This document shows, in pieces, positions 24,685 to 38,217 of a DNA stretch of 64,000 bases (the first letter of the stretch is position 1; each line of letters opens with the position of its first letter). The DNA is from Eledone cirrhosa (taxonomy: Eukaryota): positions 121,830,001 through 121,894,000 of the forward strand of contig OZ024745.1 of the NCBI GenBank assembly GCA_964016885.1, written 5' to 3'. The notes under the pieces were generated by a model. It was not told where the DNA came from. It saw only the letters and a program-made list of their open reading frames with translations, and made no database searches. The translations under genes were made by a program, and so were the position numbers.

Positions 24685-25405
24685 AGTGAATATTACTCTA
24701 TCTTCAATAGACACACAGTTAAACTCTCTCATTCAACAGCTATGAATATTGCTCAAAATATAGCAAAAATAAATAGTAAAAATCTTAATTTGAACCAACA
24801 TATAAATAGCGATAATAACAATAATAATAATACATTAGTTAATGGGAATAACAATAATAATAGTTTAAATATGAATAATAGCAGAACACCTTAAAATAAT
24901 AATAATAATAATATGAATAGTTTAGGGTATAGAAATAACATCGAGAAGAAATGTAACTGTAGAAAGAAGTAAGAATGTCCATTACAAAATAATTGCTTCG
25001 ACAAGAATCTAGTATATAAATGTGCCATTAAGACAAATAATAATATATATAACTACATTGGTGCCACTTCATCTAAATTTAAGGTTCGTTGGTACAATCA
25101 TAAAAATTCTTTTTCTAAACCAGATAAAAAAAAGTTCAACCTCACTCTCACAATTAATATGGTCTTTGAAGGACAAGAATATCAAATACTCCATCTCTTG
25201 GACTCGGTTAAAGAATACCAATTCCTATCGGAACGTATCCATTTCGCTAAATTGCAATCTTTGCAATCTTGAGACTCTATTGATAATTACAAATTATGAC
25301 AATTTAATTAACAAGAAAAATGAATTATTCAGCAGCTGCCAACATGAATTCGGTAAAACATTCCAGGCATTGTACATATTTCGAAAAAATATTGACAATT
25401 AATAA
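24685..25405 (+). mobile_element. Penelope-like element C-terminus (GIY-YIG endonuclease), decayed
   Basis: IFNRHTVKLS; CNCRKK*ECPLQNNC; LVYKC...YIGATS..FK.RW.NHK.SF; STSLSQLIW.LKD; CNLCNLE; NKKNELFSSCQH. Confidence 0.88.
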
Positions 25406-25659
25406 TAATTTTTAAAAATATATATATAATTTTTTGCCTTATTGGGTAATAATTTATTGATGTTTTATCTATTAGAATAATTTCATTAAGAGTCTCTGTA
25501 TCCTATGCTTTGATTAGGACAATTCAATATTTATCTAGACAATTGTTGATTTATGGTTTAGAAATATCACTAGATTTCATAGTAGATACAATAAACTTAC
25601 GTATTTTAATCTCTCATTTGAATATTTAAATTCTCTCTTAAACGTAACATAGGTACCAA

Positions 25660-25968
25660 GTCTCACACGGTGAGCACGTGCTGTATCCTATATCAATAAA
25701 CGTTTGCTCCTTGTCAACGAGTTTATTTTTGAGTTTTATTAAACTTTTTATTTTCAAAGCCCTTCAATGGATCGATGGTTAAAAAAACAAGAAATTCGTA
25801 AAGGAACTGAAATTACAAGAAATACAGAAACAAAATCTTCTATAGAAGATACAGAAATTATTGAACATGCAGCACAACCTTCCGCAACTACTAGTTTAAT
25901 TCATGTGCAGGAGGGTTCCGCGATAATGTTAAGGGGTTCCGCGATAAAAAAAAGTTTGGGAACCACTG
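25660..25968 (+). mobile_element. hAT (Charlie-like) remnant
   Basis: MDRWLKK start; terminal AAAGTTTGGGAACCACTG. Confidence 0.5.
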
Positions 25969-26061
25969 ACCTAGGGAGATTAAATATCACAGCTCTGGCT
26001 GAAAGCTGACCAGGTTCTCAACCTCATCAAACACTGGCGCAGGCCTGTGTGTGTATATATA

Positions 26062-26093
<32 letters not shown>

Positions 26094-26119
26094 CATGTGT
26101 GTGTATGTTCGTATGTATG

Positions 26120-26513
26120 TACGCGGGCAATCCCAAAAGTAAGGTCTCCTTCCGATATTGCAACGTTTCCGTTAAAATCCTGTGAATGGTGCTTCGGGAA
26201 ACCTCAGGAACCAAAATGCAGAGAGCATCCAGAGTGATCCGCCGATCTTGATGCATGTTTTCCTCGGAAGGAGACCTTACTTTTGGGATTGCCCTCTATA
26301 TAACTGCGCGAAATTCGCACTTGGCGGTAGCGTTCAACGGGAGCTCCATTCTCAACGGCTGCCAAGCCAAGATTGAGTATCCCAGCGAAGCGCGCGCATG
26401 CTTGTTTGGGAGTGAAGGAAGCACCAATCACAACAGTGTTGCCAACAGCCGTACGAACAGTTTCTCTGCGTCCCCATCGCTTTGGAGATCTTACTTTTGC
26501 GATTACCCTCGTA
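26120..26513 (-). mobile_element. mariner deletion derivative with three TIR copies
   Basis: TA|CG(A/C)GGG(C/T)AATC(C/G)CAAAAGTAAG TIRs at 26122, about 26297 and 26511; HTH peptide DRRITLDAL...VSRSTIHRILTETLQYRK. Confidence 0.8.
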
Positions 26514-27143
26514 TATGTATACACCCACACCTTTCACCACCATTGCTTCGTTTTGTTGTCATTTCTGTTGAAGTTGTTCTTGTAACTGTTGTCAAAGTTG
26601 ACGTACTTATATTCATTTTCTTTGATTTCTTTTATTTTTCTTTTATCTCCCTAGGGAATTCGTTGACAAGCTTCTTTTATTTATTTTCTTCGTTTTCTTC
26701 ATTCAAATGCATTCACACTGGCTGTCTAAGAGACGTACAAATATGACTTATAAAACTTACCAAACTAAAGGGGTTTACAGCGCCCCCTAGCGCCCCCTTG
26801 CCCAAAACGCCCCCTGGAGCTCCGACCCCCCCCCCCCCGTTGAGAACCTTTGATCTAGAGAACTCAAACGATTGCTCTTTATATAATGTACTTTTGAATT
26901 ATCGGTTAATGTGTAAACTATTTTTAAATGTCCACCAATTATTTAAAAATTAAAAAACATGGTACATATATCATATAGTGTTATTATATATCATATAGTG
27001 TTATTATGCGGGCCTTATAAAAACAGTATTGGCAAGAGCAGAGAAAAATGAATAATAGAAAGATGTAAAATATTAAAAGTAGAAGAAATCAAAACCATGT
27101 AAATTTATTCTTTATTTATAGAGTGGCTGATAGAATTCTTGGC

Positions 27144-27600
27144 ATCATCATCATTTTATGTCCGCTTTTCCCTGCTTGCAAGGGTGGGATGGGTCCTATT
27201 CAGCACAGCATCTCTCCACTTGTCACGGTCCTTTGTCATCTCCACCGTGAGCTTCAGCGATCTGAGGTCTGCTCTCACCACATCCGCCCATGTTTTCCGT
27301 GGTCTTCCTCTACTGCGTCTTCCTTCAACTGGCATTTATTGGCACATCTTTATCCATCGGTCATCCTCCATGCGCATTACTTGTCCATACCATCGCAGTC
27401 TTCTCTCCCGCATACTACAACTTATCCCTCTTAAACACAGTTTCTCTCTCAACACATCCATGTTCGGTCGTTCACGCACATTGACATTGCACATCCAACG
27501 GAACATGCTTGCCTCATTTCTCTCCAGCCGTCGCATGTCCGCTGCAGTTGCTGCCCATGACTCACTACCATGCAGCATCGCGCACCTCACTCAGCATATA
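27144..27600 (-). mobile_element. RTE LINE 3' end with (GAT)n tail (shorter copy at 28875-29070)
   Basis: AMLHGSESW...RERRLRWYGQVMRM. Confidence 0.88.
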
Positions 27601-28251
27601 TATGTTTAATAAAAAAACAAAACAATATATGTACAAGATGTTTGAAAGAAGTCTCCTTCATAATAAGAAAACAAACATGTATGAAGATGTGGTATTGACT
27701 GCAATGCCATGATTTTCAAAAGAAAACATAGCTATCTCTTTCACAGTCAAAAATCTTCATTAAAAATACTGAAATTGATTTATAGATTTATTGGACTTTA
27801 TTTTCAGTTTACTTTAAAATTTTAAAATGACAGCATACTATACATTCACCAAAAATTTTATTTAAAAATTCAATTATAACATTCTGTGTTTACATTTGGT
27901 ATAAATGTATACGTCCAGCAATATATACACTACATGTACACTGTAATTAGTAAAAAAAATATTCATTTTTTTTGCAAAAATTTTATTTGCACCATTTTAT
28001 TTCCTCATATAGCTTTTGAAAATTTGATTTATTCGTTATAAAAATTAAATGATAGCATTGCAGTTGAGGGTGGACTCCCTTTATCTCCTGATAACCTACA
28101 TTTTAAAACCCAGTCCATCGCTGTATCTACGTGTATGTGTGTGTCATCGAGAAGTGAAAAAAAAATGGTGACACCCCTTCGCACTCTCACTGTCAGAAAT
28201 TTATTGAACTCATGATTTTAATTTCTTTTCCCACCGTCTCAACCGGTCTTT

Positions 28252-28298
28252 GGACTACAGGAGACAACTAATAGTAACACCGATTATGCGCATGCTCA
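28252..28298 (+). promoter_or_regulatory. Candidate TBCA promoter motifs: NRF-1/EWG-like TGCGCATGCTCA (28287-28298) and a GACTACA motif
   Basis: 11/12 match to YGCGCAYGCGCR about 110 bp upstream of the ATG; motif match only. Confidence 0.4.
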
Positions 28299-28408
28299 TC
28301 TAACAGTCATAGTCTACCTCATATACGCTGTTTCGTGTTGAATATATATAAATAAAAACTCGTATCTAAGGAAATTTCTATCAGTTAAAAGTTACTTTAT
28401 CACATGAA

Positions 28409-28461
28409 ATGGCAGATCCACGAATTAGACAAATTCGAATCAAGACAGGAATCGTCAAACG
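28409..28461 (+). CDS. TBCA: Tubulin-specific chaperone A, exon 1 (MADPRIRQIRIKTGIVKR)
   Basis: ATG at 28409; peptide matches the conserved TBCA N-terminus; 53 nt, ending CG|gtaaac (phase 2). Confidence 0.95.
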
Positions 28462-30319
28462 GTAAACAAAATGTTCTTCCTTCTGTACTATTTACATTTT
28501 TTGTTGTTTCGTGAAATTAAAAGATATTTAAAACCGAAAATCACTTTAAATCAATTTTCCCTCATAAGATATGGAGTAGAATGTATTATTTACATATTTC
28601 GATTATTTTATTTTATTTTGCGTGAGCTTTACCGATGTGTGGTTTAGCTACAATGAAATACATCTACAAGTGCTAAAGTGAGCCGCTGGGTTCATCGTTA
28701 CCCGACGTCTTAATATCACTCCTAGCGAAAGCGACACTTTACCATAATAAACATTTCTGTATTGTCACAACTCAGAGAAAACGATGAAGTCCCCTGATGC
28801 GTCCTTACTTGTCGAACGAAAGAAATCACCCCGGTCTCTTTATTACTCTTAAATATAAGTGCGTTGGTTTTACTTCATCATCATCATCATTTTACGTCCG
28901 CTTTTCCCTGCTTGCAAGGGTGGGACGGGTCCTATTCAACACAGCATCTCCCAACTTGTCACATTCCTTCGTCATCTTCTCTGTGAGCTTCAGCGATCTG
29001 AGGTCTGCTCTCACCACCTCCGCCCATGTTTTTCGTGGTCTACCTCTACTGCGTCTTGCTTCAACTGGTATTAATATTAATTTATTTATGTATCTGTGAA
29101 AAATGTCCATAGTAAATAAGAGGCGATGAGAGAGCGTTTCATTCCTGTTTCCTAATAAATAAGGTTAATTATATTGTCTGTAGGTTGAGTAGACATTACG
29201 ATAGATTCTTACATTCCTTGCATATTTCCTGTTAGTCTTCTAAAACCTAGTAAAATTTCAGTGTACAGTGAGTAATAAATACAGATCTCACACACAATCA
29301 CATTGACTCACTTAAGAACTTGAGAGAGAACTCCGGAGTTTTAGACTTAATAAAGTAGTCATTTAATTTTAGCTTTAAATATCTCGATTTGGGCATATAA
29401 GAAAATATACGCTTTAGTTCCAAGTAGAATGATTACCTAATAAGCTTTAATTAAATTAAAATTTCAAAGAAGTTTAGCTTATCTTTCTTTCTATTGCTCT
29501 AACTCTTTAGTAGATAAAAAGAGGTGAAAAGCCGACTGATTTCTCTTCTATTTAATATTAACGGAAGTAGTGGGAAGTTATTCAGTTGACTATTTTAAAT
29601 ATTGGCGTTCCCCTGCTATCTCGCTACATCTCTTACGTTTTAAGAAAAAAGAAACATTTTATTTATTTGTTTTTTTTTTTCAATTTTAAAAGGTATTACC
29701 TTGCTATCATCAACCTTCAACAGTAAAGTGGTCGTGTTGGTGACACAACAAAAGGCATCCAGTCCATCTTCTAAAGTGGTCGTGTTGGTGACACAACAAA
29801 AGGCATCCAGTCCATCTTCTAAAGTGGTCGTGTTGGTGACACGACAAAAGGCCCCCAAACCATCTTCTAAAGTGGTCGTGTTGGTGACACGACAAAAAAC
29901 ACCCAGTCCATCTAAAATATTCATGTTGGTGACTCAACAAAAAGCACCCAGTCCATTTAAAATGGTCGTGTTGGTGACATGCAAAAGGCACCCAGTCCAT
30001 GCTGTAAATGTGGTTGGAGTTGGGAAGGGCATCAAGCTGTAGAAACTAAGTCCAAAACAGTTCTGTATCAGCAAGACAGTCACCTGACCTGACTTGTCAG
30101 GACAACTCATCTAACCCATGCTAACCTGGGAAATGAACATTAAATTGATGATAATGATATCATGACTCATATCTACAACGATTCTGTAAAAACAGAGCAA
30201 TAAAATGTCCAGCTCAAATTTTGTATCACAAAAACCGTTATATTCTTATGAAGAGATTATCAATAATAATGGTGATGGGGTTACAAAGAAGTCAAATGAA
30301 GGGAAAAGGGTGATAGCAT

Positions 30320-31272
30320 ATGCCTTTGCATGTCTCCCTGTATTCATTGCTCATGTTTCACTACTGTGCAACATAGCACTTTGCAGGCATCATGCAGTTG
30401 GCCTTTTATTTGTTGGGAAAAACCTTATGTTCTCAGCTGAAGGAGTAGCTTGCTAAACTGTTTCCATCCTGTCCTTATTCTAGCTACTATGCTCTCGGAT
30501 ATCCACTATAATTAGATCACCTAGGTAACAAGCCATCTACCACTTCAATGAATCCTTCCTGAATTTGAAAAAGGTTTATATCAGTGGTCCTCTTACTATT
30601 AAGTGCCCCTAAACATCTACATACAAAGTATTCCTTTCCTGTTAGTCTGCCTGTTATCCCACAACACCTCTTGTATACCCAAGATTTGCATTGTGTGCAT
30701 CATATAGAGTTTATGTCTACTCCTTTTCTACATATCAAGCAGGGTAACTTTGGTTTTCGCTAAGTTTACTCTCAGCCCTTTTGATTCTTATTTCTGTTTC
30801 CACAGCCAGAACTTATTCTTTAGATCTTCCATCAAATCAGCTGTAAGAACTAGATCATCAGCATACAGCAGTTCCCATGGACAATCAATCTTAAATTCCT
30901 CTGTTACAGCCTGGAGAACTATAATGAACAAAATTGGCTGAGGACCAGACCCTAATGAACTTATGCATGTACCTTGTATTCCTCACAAAACTCACTTTGT
31001 GTTCTCACTTTACTTACAGCACTTTTGGACATGGCTTGTACTGCTCTGACAAGCCATCCATCTGCACCTAGTTTCCTTAAGGGCTGCCAGATGACAGATC
31101 ATGGCACTCTGTCAAAGGTTTTCTCTAGATCAACAAAAGCTAGATGTAGAGGCCTATTCACAGCTAGGAACATTTCTTGTCGCAATAAGAAGAAAGCATC
31201 TATAGTACTTATTGGCACGAAACTGAACTGCATCTCATTAAATTTGATTCTTTCCCTAATTAGTTGTGCTAA
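30320..31272 (-). mobile_element. RTE LINE RT fragment in TBCA intron 1
   Basis: MQFSFVP; LAFVDLEK; WELLYADDLVL. Confidence 0.85.
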
Positions 31273-31330
31273 TTAAAGTGATTAAAAAAAGGTCAAATCA
31301 TTGTATCAACAAACTCCTTTTGTTTTAAGT

Positions 31331-31966
31331 CAGAGGTTCTGAAACTTTTGGGGGCCACACAACACCCTCAGTACCCTCCACCCCTATTTCCAGAGAGACC
31401 TGCCTACATGCAAATTGTAAATAATATATACTATCATCATCATCATCATTTTACATCCACTTTTCCCTGCTTGCAAGAGTGAGACGGCAACTGATTCTGG
31501 CTTGATTTCTACAGCTGGATGCCCTTCCTAACACCAGCGTCATTTACAATGAGTGCTGGGTGCTTTTTTGCCGTGGTGCCAACAAGTCTACTTTACAGTG
31601 TAGGCTGGGTGCTTTTTGCCGTGGCACCTCCACGACCACTTTGCAGTGGAATGATAGGGACCCCAGTCCCTATCATCTCATTTCTACAGCTGAGTAAACT
31701 GGAGCAATGTGAAATAAAGTGTCTTGCTCAAGGAAACAACACATCACCCGGTCTGAGAATTGAACTCACAACCTTTCGATTGCAAGGCCAATGCTCTAAC
31801 CACTAAGCCATGTGCCTCCATACTATGTATAAATATATATTTTTTATTTTTCTATATTTATATATCTTTTGATATTTAATATACTATTATATCGTTTCTA
31901 CCCATCACCCTCCTTAGGCACCAGTGCCCCCCTGGACCTTCCCAATGCCCCCTTTGAGAACCTCTG
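31331..31966. mobile_element. hAT-type MITE (same family) with a nested SINE at 31434-31820
   Basis: TIRs plus exact 8-bp TSD TTTTAAGT (31323-31330 and 31967-31974). Confidence 0.85.
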
Positions 31967-34580
31967 TTTTAAGTGCTAGGACTACTTTTTCTAAGTCATA
32001 AGGTCTAGTCAAATACTTCATGAGATAATAAGTGTTTTAAGGTTAAAACCGGGATAACTGTGTGGGCCCCATGACCAGCTTCTCCGCGTTTTTCTATCAT
32101 CTGCTTTCATTTCCGCCATGTCTTTCTTGATCTTTTCCATCTTCTACTCCCTTGCACATTTATTTCTATTAATCCTCTCTCTCAATCATTTTCATCTTTC
32201 CTCAACACTCTAAGCGACCATCTCATTCCATGTCTCTTCACATCACTAGCAATATTCCTCACATCTAGTGAACCATTCTCATTTTTGTTCTTTCCAGCCT
32301 TCTCTGATACTCCACATTCATCACCCATGTCTTGCTCTCATAAATCATTGCACCTCTCACATGCAACATACACCTTCCCCTTGGGTTTCAGCTAGGTTAA
32401 AAGTTAATAGCTCTAGAGTAAATATATAGAGAATGATTTGTCAGCAGCTCTGTAAGACCTTCACTTAACATTTCATATCTCCAAAGTTTATAAAATATGT
32501 ATTAACCATTTAGCATTTAAACTGGCTGTATCCAGCCAGAATTCTATCACTTCTTTCTGTTCAAACCAACTGTAACTGGCCACTCATACTGATGTTAAGG
32601 TATTGTTCTCAAAATAAATATCAAAATCTTGTAGATTTAATATTATGTGAGATAAAGCCTTTACCATGAAAATATAATAGTATATATAGAGTAATGTAAA
32701 TGCTAAAGGGTTAAGAAATGTTATATTAGGGTGTTACACCTGTTAGTATATCTGTACAAATAAAAGTAAAACCAAAGTATTCACCAGATGTAATCTCAAA
32801 CTACCAACAAGATCACTACAATGAGACTCTGTATACACAGTGTACTGTTATTATTTATAGACATTTCGCCTAGACCACTTTTAGTTACGCAGGGGTGTTC
32901 AATGTTTTTCCCTACATCAAGAACAAACAAGTATAAGAGATCAAAAGTTAGATGAATTCTAGTATACTGATATTGTAAGTGTTCATCAACATTCATTTTT
33001 ACCTTTTTTTTATGTCATCGGTTTGAAATAATCACAACTATTTTACCTACTAAAAATAGCAGCCAGATTCCCCTCAAATCATTCCCTACCATTTTAAAAA
33101 GAGTAGGACATATTGGATAATGTACTCATGGATGCATTATCAGAAATTAGATGAAATAGAGGCAGCGAATCGGCAAAGTTGTTAGAACATCAGATAGAAT
33201 GCTTTGTGGTATTTGTTCCAGCTCTTTGTTGTCTGAGTTCAAATTCTGCTGAGATCAACTTTGCCTTCCATCTTTTCAAGGTCAATAAAAAAGTACCAGT
33301 CATGTACTGGAGTTGATTCTGTTGTATATCTCTTCCTCATTTTCTCTATCATTCTCTTTCCTTCTCTGAAACAAATTGGCTGGGTTCAGGTCCAATGAGG
33401 GATGGGCTCTGCCTGGTTTAAAATGCCCAAGACATGCTGTGTGCCATTATAGCACCCTTATGACTCCATCAGCAGTGACTCATCATCATCATTGTCTTAT
33501 GTCCATTCTTCCATGCTAGCATGGGTTAGACGACTTGTCCTGTTGTGGGCAATGTTAGGTCAAGTGACCATGTCTTGCTCATACAGAACTGATTCTGGCT
33601 TGGTTTCTACAGCTGGATGCCCTTCCTAGCACCAACCACATTTACAGTGTGGGCTGAGTGCTTTTTGCCATGTCACCTTCACTCCCTTTCTAATCACCCT
33701 CTAGGTCATATTTACTTGGATAGAATGGTGCTTACATGGAGTAATGAACATTGTTTAGCTTTGTAGTAGACAAAGCAGCTTCTTTGGTGTTGATGCCATG
33801 ATAAGTAGCACTCAGTACACTCTATTAAAATGGTTGATAATTGAATGAAGATAGCATAGTGTAGAGAGGACTAGTTTTGATGTCCTGTTAAAATGTACCT
33901 GGTTAATATTAGGAATGGCATTCAGTCACAGAAGCCATGCCAAAAAATGGAACATATCAGTGAGATAAAGTCTTCTGAGTCATCTAGAACTTTCCAAATG
34001 TGAACCGACATGGACCATAACCTATGCCAGCATAGAAAAAGAATGTAAAATGATATTGTTGTTGAATAAGACCCATGGAAATAGAAATGTTGGGATTTGA
34101 TTGTCAACTTCCTTTTTTATGTTGGTTGCTGTCAGGACCTCTGTTGTTCTCGGTCCTCAGATTGCCATTTTCCTCCTTAAAATTGAGAAGAGTGATCCTG
34201 CCTGAAGAAAGAACCCTGTGAGATAAAGTGGTTGATGCAGCCTGTGTCACTGGCTCTTCTCTGGCAATGTTTCACCATCTTGACCACTGGGCACAGCTGG
34301 GATTTATGGCCTACAATTTGTCTCTCCCTTCCCCATTCCAAATTTTTTTTTTTCATTACATATTTGTTTTTCTTCCTGTGTAATTTTTTGAAAAATCTAT
34401 GAAATGATTTTTGAAATAAATGTTTCATTGTAAGAATGTCTGTGCAGAAATGAAACCATGTTGATGGTGGGAATGATAGAAATTTTTAAATATTTTTTGT
34501 CTGATTATTAAACTACATTTAGTTAAAAGTTTGGTGACTTTCAACATTTGTTTATGATGATAATCTGTCTATCTCTTCAG

Positions 34581-34686
34581 ATTGACTAAGGAAAAACTGT
34601 CCTATGAAAAAGAAGTTATACAACAAGAAAATCGAATACAAAAAATGAAGGATGACGGGAAAGATGAGTATGATATCAAAAAACAG
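34581..34686 (+). CDS. TBCA: TBCA exon 2 (LTKEKLSYEKEVIQQENRIQKMKDDGKDEYDIKKQ)
   Basis: ctcttcag| acceptor, |gtcagt donor; 106 nt completes the phase-2 Arg codon; typical KEK..YEKE / DEYDIKKQ motifs. Confidence 0.95.
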
Positions 34687-35299
34687 GTCAGTTTAATCAT
34701 GGTGATATACCAACTTTTTCATTCTAAACATTTTACTTTTCTGGATAAAAGAATCTGAAAGACATTACTCATGTTCATTGGTATCAATTCTCAAGAGGAA
34801 AACATTGTAAGATTTGCATTGAATATTCTGTTTTATAGTGATTTAATCTTCAGCATGCTAGAAATTTTTATGAATTGCTTCCCTTGGTACTGCATTATGT
34901 ATTAAGGAGAGATTACTCTATCAGGGATTTAATGCACCTGGAGCCTCCAGAAGGTTAAATAATAGATGTTTTTGTTTGAAAGCCAAACTGCTTCGAAGCT
35001 TATTTAGTTGTTATAACATTCGCCCCTTTTGTTAGAACGAGAGGTGGTTTCAGGTTTGGTAAACTGCCTGAAACTACCCCTGTTTCTCTGGTTCTACACT
35101 GCAAACCTATTTGTTTAAGTATGTTTATATTTATCTAAAAACTTTCCTTCATAATTTTATATAAGAATCTTTAAGTTATGCTCCAAACACCAGAAATATG
35201 GTAACAAAAGTGTTAAATCAGAAGAGATAAGTCTTCATTTATCTGCAAACTTTTCTATTTTAAATCTTTTATTAGAGACACAAATATTGTAGGATTTAA

Positions 35300-36900
35300 G
35301 TTTCACTGACTTACGTGCTGCCTAAAACGTTTGTCTCGATCCCAGAGGCTCATCAGGCCATTGCTTATTCCAGTTTCCATTGTGTGAAGTGACTGAGAGT
35401 ACACCCCCTCCCCTTTATACATATTCTTCTTCTTCCAGTTTTCAAATTTTACTTTCTTTGCTTCTGTCCAAGATACATCCTTCAAAACAAGAATGTTCTC
35501 TGTCTCTTCAGTTAAAAATTTCCAAATCTTCTACCGCTGATAAGTCAACAGACTGACAGATTCCCTCAAATTCATGTTATAAACATTCTAAATTGAACCA
35601 GTTTTTATTTCTCCCTGTTAACTTTTCCTGCTCTGCTTAGTATTTTTGTTGATATCTTCTCTCAGTCTCTTGATTTTTATAACTAATTAGCTGGCCCTGT
35701 GCCGTCAAAAATGACGGATAATTGTAATACCTATACATAATATAAAATAAGAAATGTTTGTTTGTTGGTTGGTTCCTTCACGCTCATTCACATAAGTGAT
35801 ATAAAGATACAAACACACAGCTGTGATGAATCTTAGATTGCTGGACTTCTATAGTTTCTCACCCCCCCTCTTCCTCAGTTGATATAATCTCCCCTTCCTT
35901 CCTCAGTCGACGTTATCACCTCTTCCTTCCTCAGTCAACGTTATCATCCCTTCCTGCCTCAGTCAACGTTATCATCCCTTCCTGCCTCAGTCATCTCTAG
36001 TGTGATGGACAAATATACAAGGGTATTATATTAGTAGATGATCTGTCCACTTCTGATGTGAGAAATATCTGCATGTCTGTCGTCTTTTTGAGTTTCTCTT
36101 TCATCATTAGTCAGAATCACTTTCTGTTTCCTTCTGAAATGTAGCTGGTTTTGTTTCTTTGACTTTTGTGTTGGTTTTATTTTCACATTCTTTTTTATCA
36201 CACAGTTCTTTGTCTGCAGATTTCTTCAATCTTGTTTTATGTACTCTTGCAAGCAGACCTTCTTGTCTAACAAATACCACTGTACCATCCTGTCCTATCA
36301 CTGTTGCAGGACCTTTCCATTCATCTTAGATCTTTTAAAGTATACATTGTTGCCTGCCTTAACCCTTGAGCATTTAAACCAGCTGTATCTGGCCAGAATT
36401 CTCTCACCTTTTTCTGTTCAAACCAGCTGTAACCAGCTGCTCATATTGATGTCTTAAAATATATAATATCAAAATCTCATAGATTTGTTATTATGTGAGG
36501 TAAAGCCTTTACCGTGAAAATATAATAGTAAATATAGAGTAATGTAAAAGCTAAAGGGTTAAAATGTTCAGCACTGGGATGTATCTGGTTTCTTAAAGAT
36601 CTTCTGTGACATTCTGAACTTTCCACTTCAATGCAAGCTTTTCTTGCAGCGTAAAGAGCATTTGGATGATTTTCAATGATGTCACTTATAATTGTTCTTT
36701 CCAGTGAAGATGGCTTATTTGTGAGAATGGTAGGCAGGTTTGGGTTGTGTCCAAATACCAACTGATAAGCACTGTATCCGAAAATATTGCTGAGAGAGTT
36801 ATTTGCCTGAAGTGTCCAGCGTAATGCTGTTTCTCAGACACAGTTTCTTTCTTCCTTGATTTTCTTCTTGATAATAGTCAAAGTTTGATTGTGTTGGCCA
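35300..36900 (-). mobile_element. Ty1/copia-like integrase-to-RT fragment, interrupted by a TTAA MITE (36359-36562) and a Helitron-like repeat (about 35685-36038)
   Basis: NSLSNIFGYSAYQLVFGHNPNLP; GPATVIGQDGTVVFVRQ; EAKKVKFENWKK; integrase precedes RT. Confidence 0.7.
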
Positions 36901-38040
36901 GGAATTTGGAGGAAGGGAAAAGTCTATTATATCACCCTCATTACTTTATTGATACATTATGTTATCGACCTCTGAAGGATGAAGGGCAAAGTTGGCCTTA
37001 ATAGGATTTGAACTCATAATGTAGAGAGTTGTAACTAAATACCACAAAGCATTTTATCCAATGTTCAACTGATTCATCCATTCCACCACCCTCTCATTGG
37101 ATATAATCTATATATAAATTTTTGTGATTCTGTCACAACACGTAAAGAAAGAGGAGTAGTTTAACTACCTCATACTACTCCACTCTTTATGTCTGCTGCC
37201 TGCCTGATTATATGTGTGTGTAAAAGGAAGGAAGCGGGTGGTGAAAAACTACAGCTATCAGCAACGTGTATGTCCATGTGTGTATTTGTGTCAATGTAAA
37301 TGTGTGTTTGCACGTTTTTATTTATATACTCAAACATTTAAATGTATGCACTTATATACACGCGCACACATACACATACGCATCAACATATGGAAAAAAA
37401 TTTTAGTAACATAAAAATATTAAAGATATCTATGAATTTATATACTGGATATAGGATTTTGTTTCTAAAACCAATAACATAAACTGGACTTCAGAGTGTA
37501 TTGTTTTTTTTTTTAAAGTTTATCCACGGTGGAGCTATTTTTGTAGCTTGTTGAAAGACACTACCTATAATTTCCAAATTATTTTGAAAATAATCAAGAA
37601 TTTGGAGGAATCTAGTAATATAACTTTCTTATTATTGAATTGATGTTTCGTAGATTAACTTAATTGAGATTTGTACATAAAGTTGATGGAAGGTTTTTAG
37701 ATTAACATTGTAAAATAAACATAAAACCTGGAATGGTTTCAGGTATTTTGGTATTAACAGGGTCTGAGAGAGGAGCCTTTTGTTGTCAGCAGAGGTAACA
37801 GCTCTCTAAACTTCTTCCAGCCTGTTCTTATCCTGGCTATCACACTTTCAGAACATCCTTCCCCACTGATAATTTGATCAGCTAAGTAACAACTTCTAAG
37901 GAGCCTTCCTGGCAACTGAGGCTATTTTCATGTGTTGAGGTGTGTTGTTCACTCGGCTTGTGGCAAACTTTTGCACCAATTTTTTGTTATATATATTCAT
38001 ATACTTATATATTTATGTATATATTACCAATATTTTTCAG

Positions 38041-38127
38041 GGAGATATTCTTCAAGAATCTAAAGCAATGGTTCCTGACAGCTTAAAAAGATTAAACAAA
38101 GCTTATTTTGACCTTGTTAATACAATG
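38041..38127 (+). CDS. TBCA: TBCA exon 3 (GDILQESKAMVPDSLKRLNKAYFDLVNTM)
   Basis: tttttcag| acceptor, |gtgagt donor; 87 nt, phase 0; LQESxxMxPDxxxRLxxAY motif. Confidence 0.95.
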
Positions 38128-38217
38128 GTGAGTTATTCTTAAAATTTAAGGCAGTTCTTCAGTATATAGACAGCAACTGGTATCACATGAAGTAGTTGGC
38201 TTTCTTCTTGTCTTATT

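Noticed and set aside
28795-28845. CTGATGC...GAAA hammerhead-like string in TBCA intron 1
   Set aside because: Core mismatch and poor stems.
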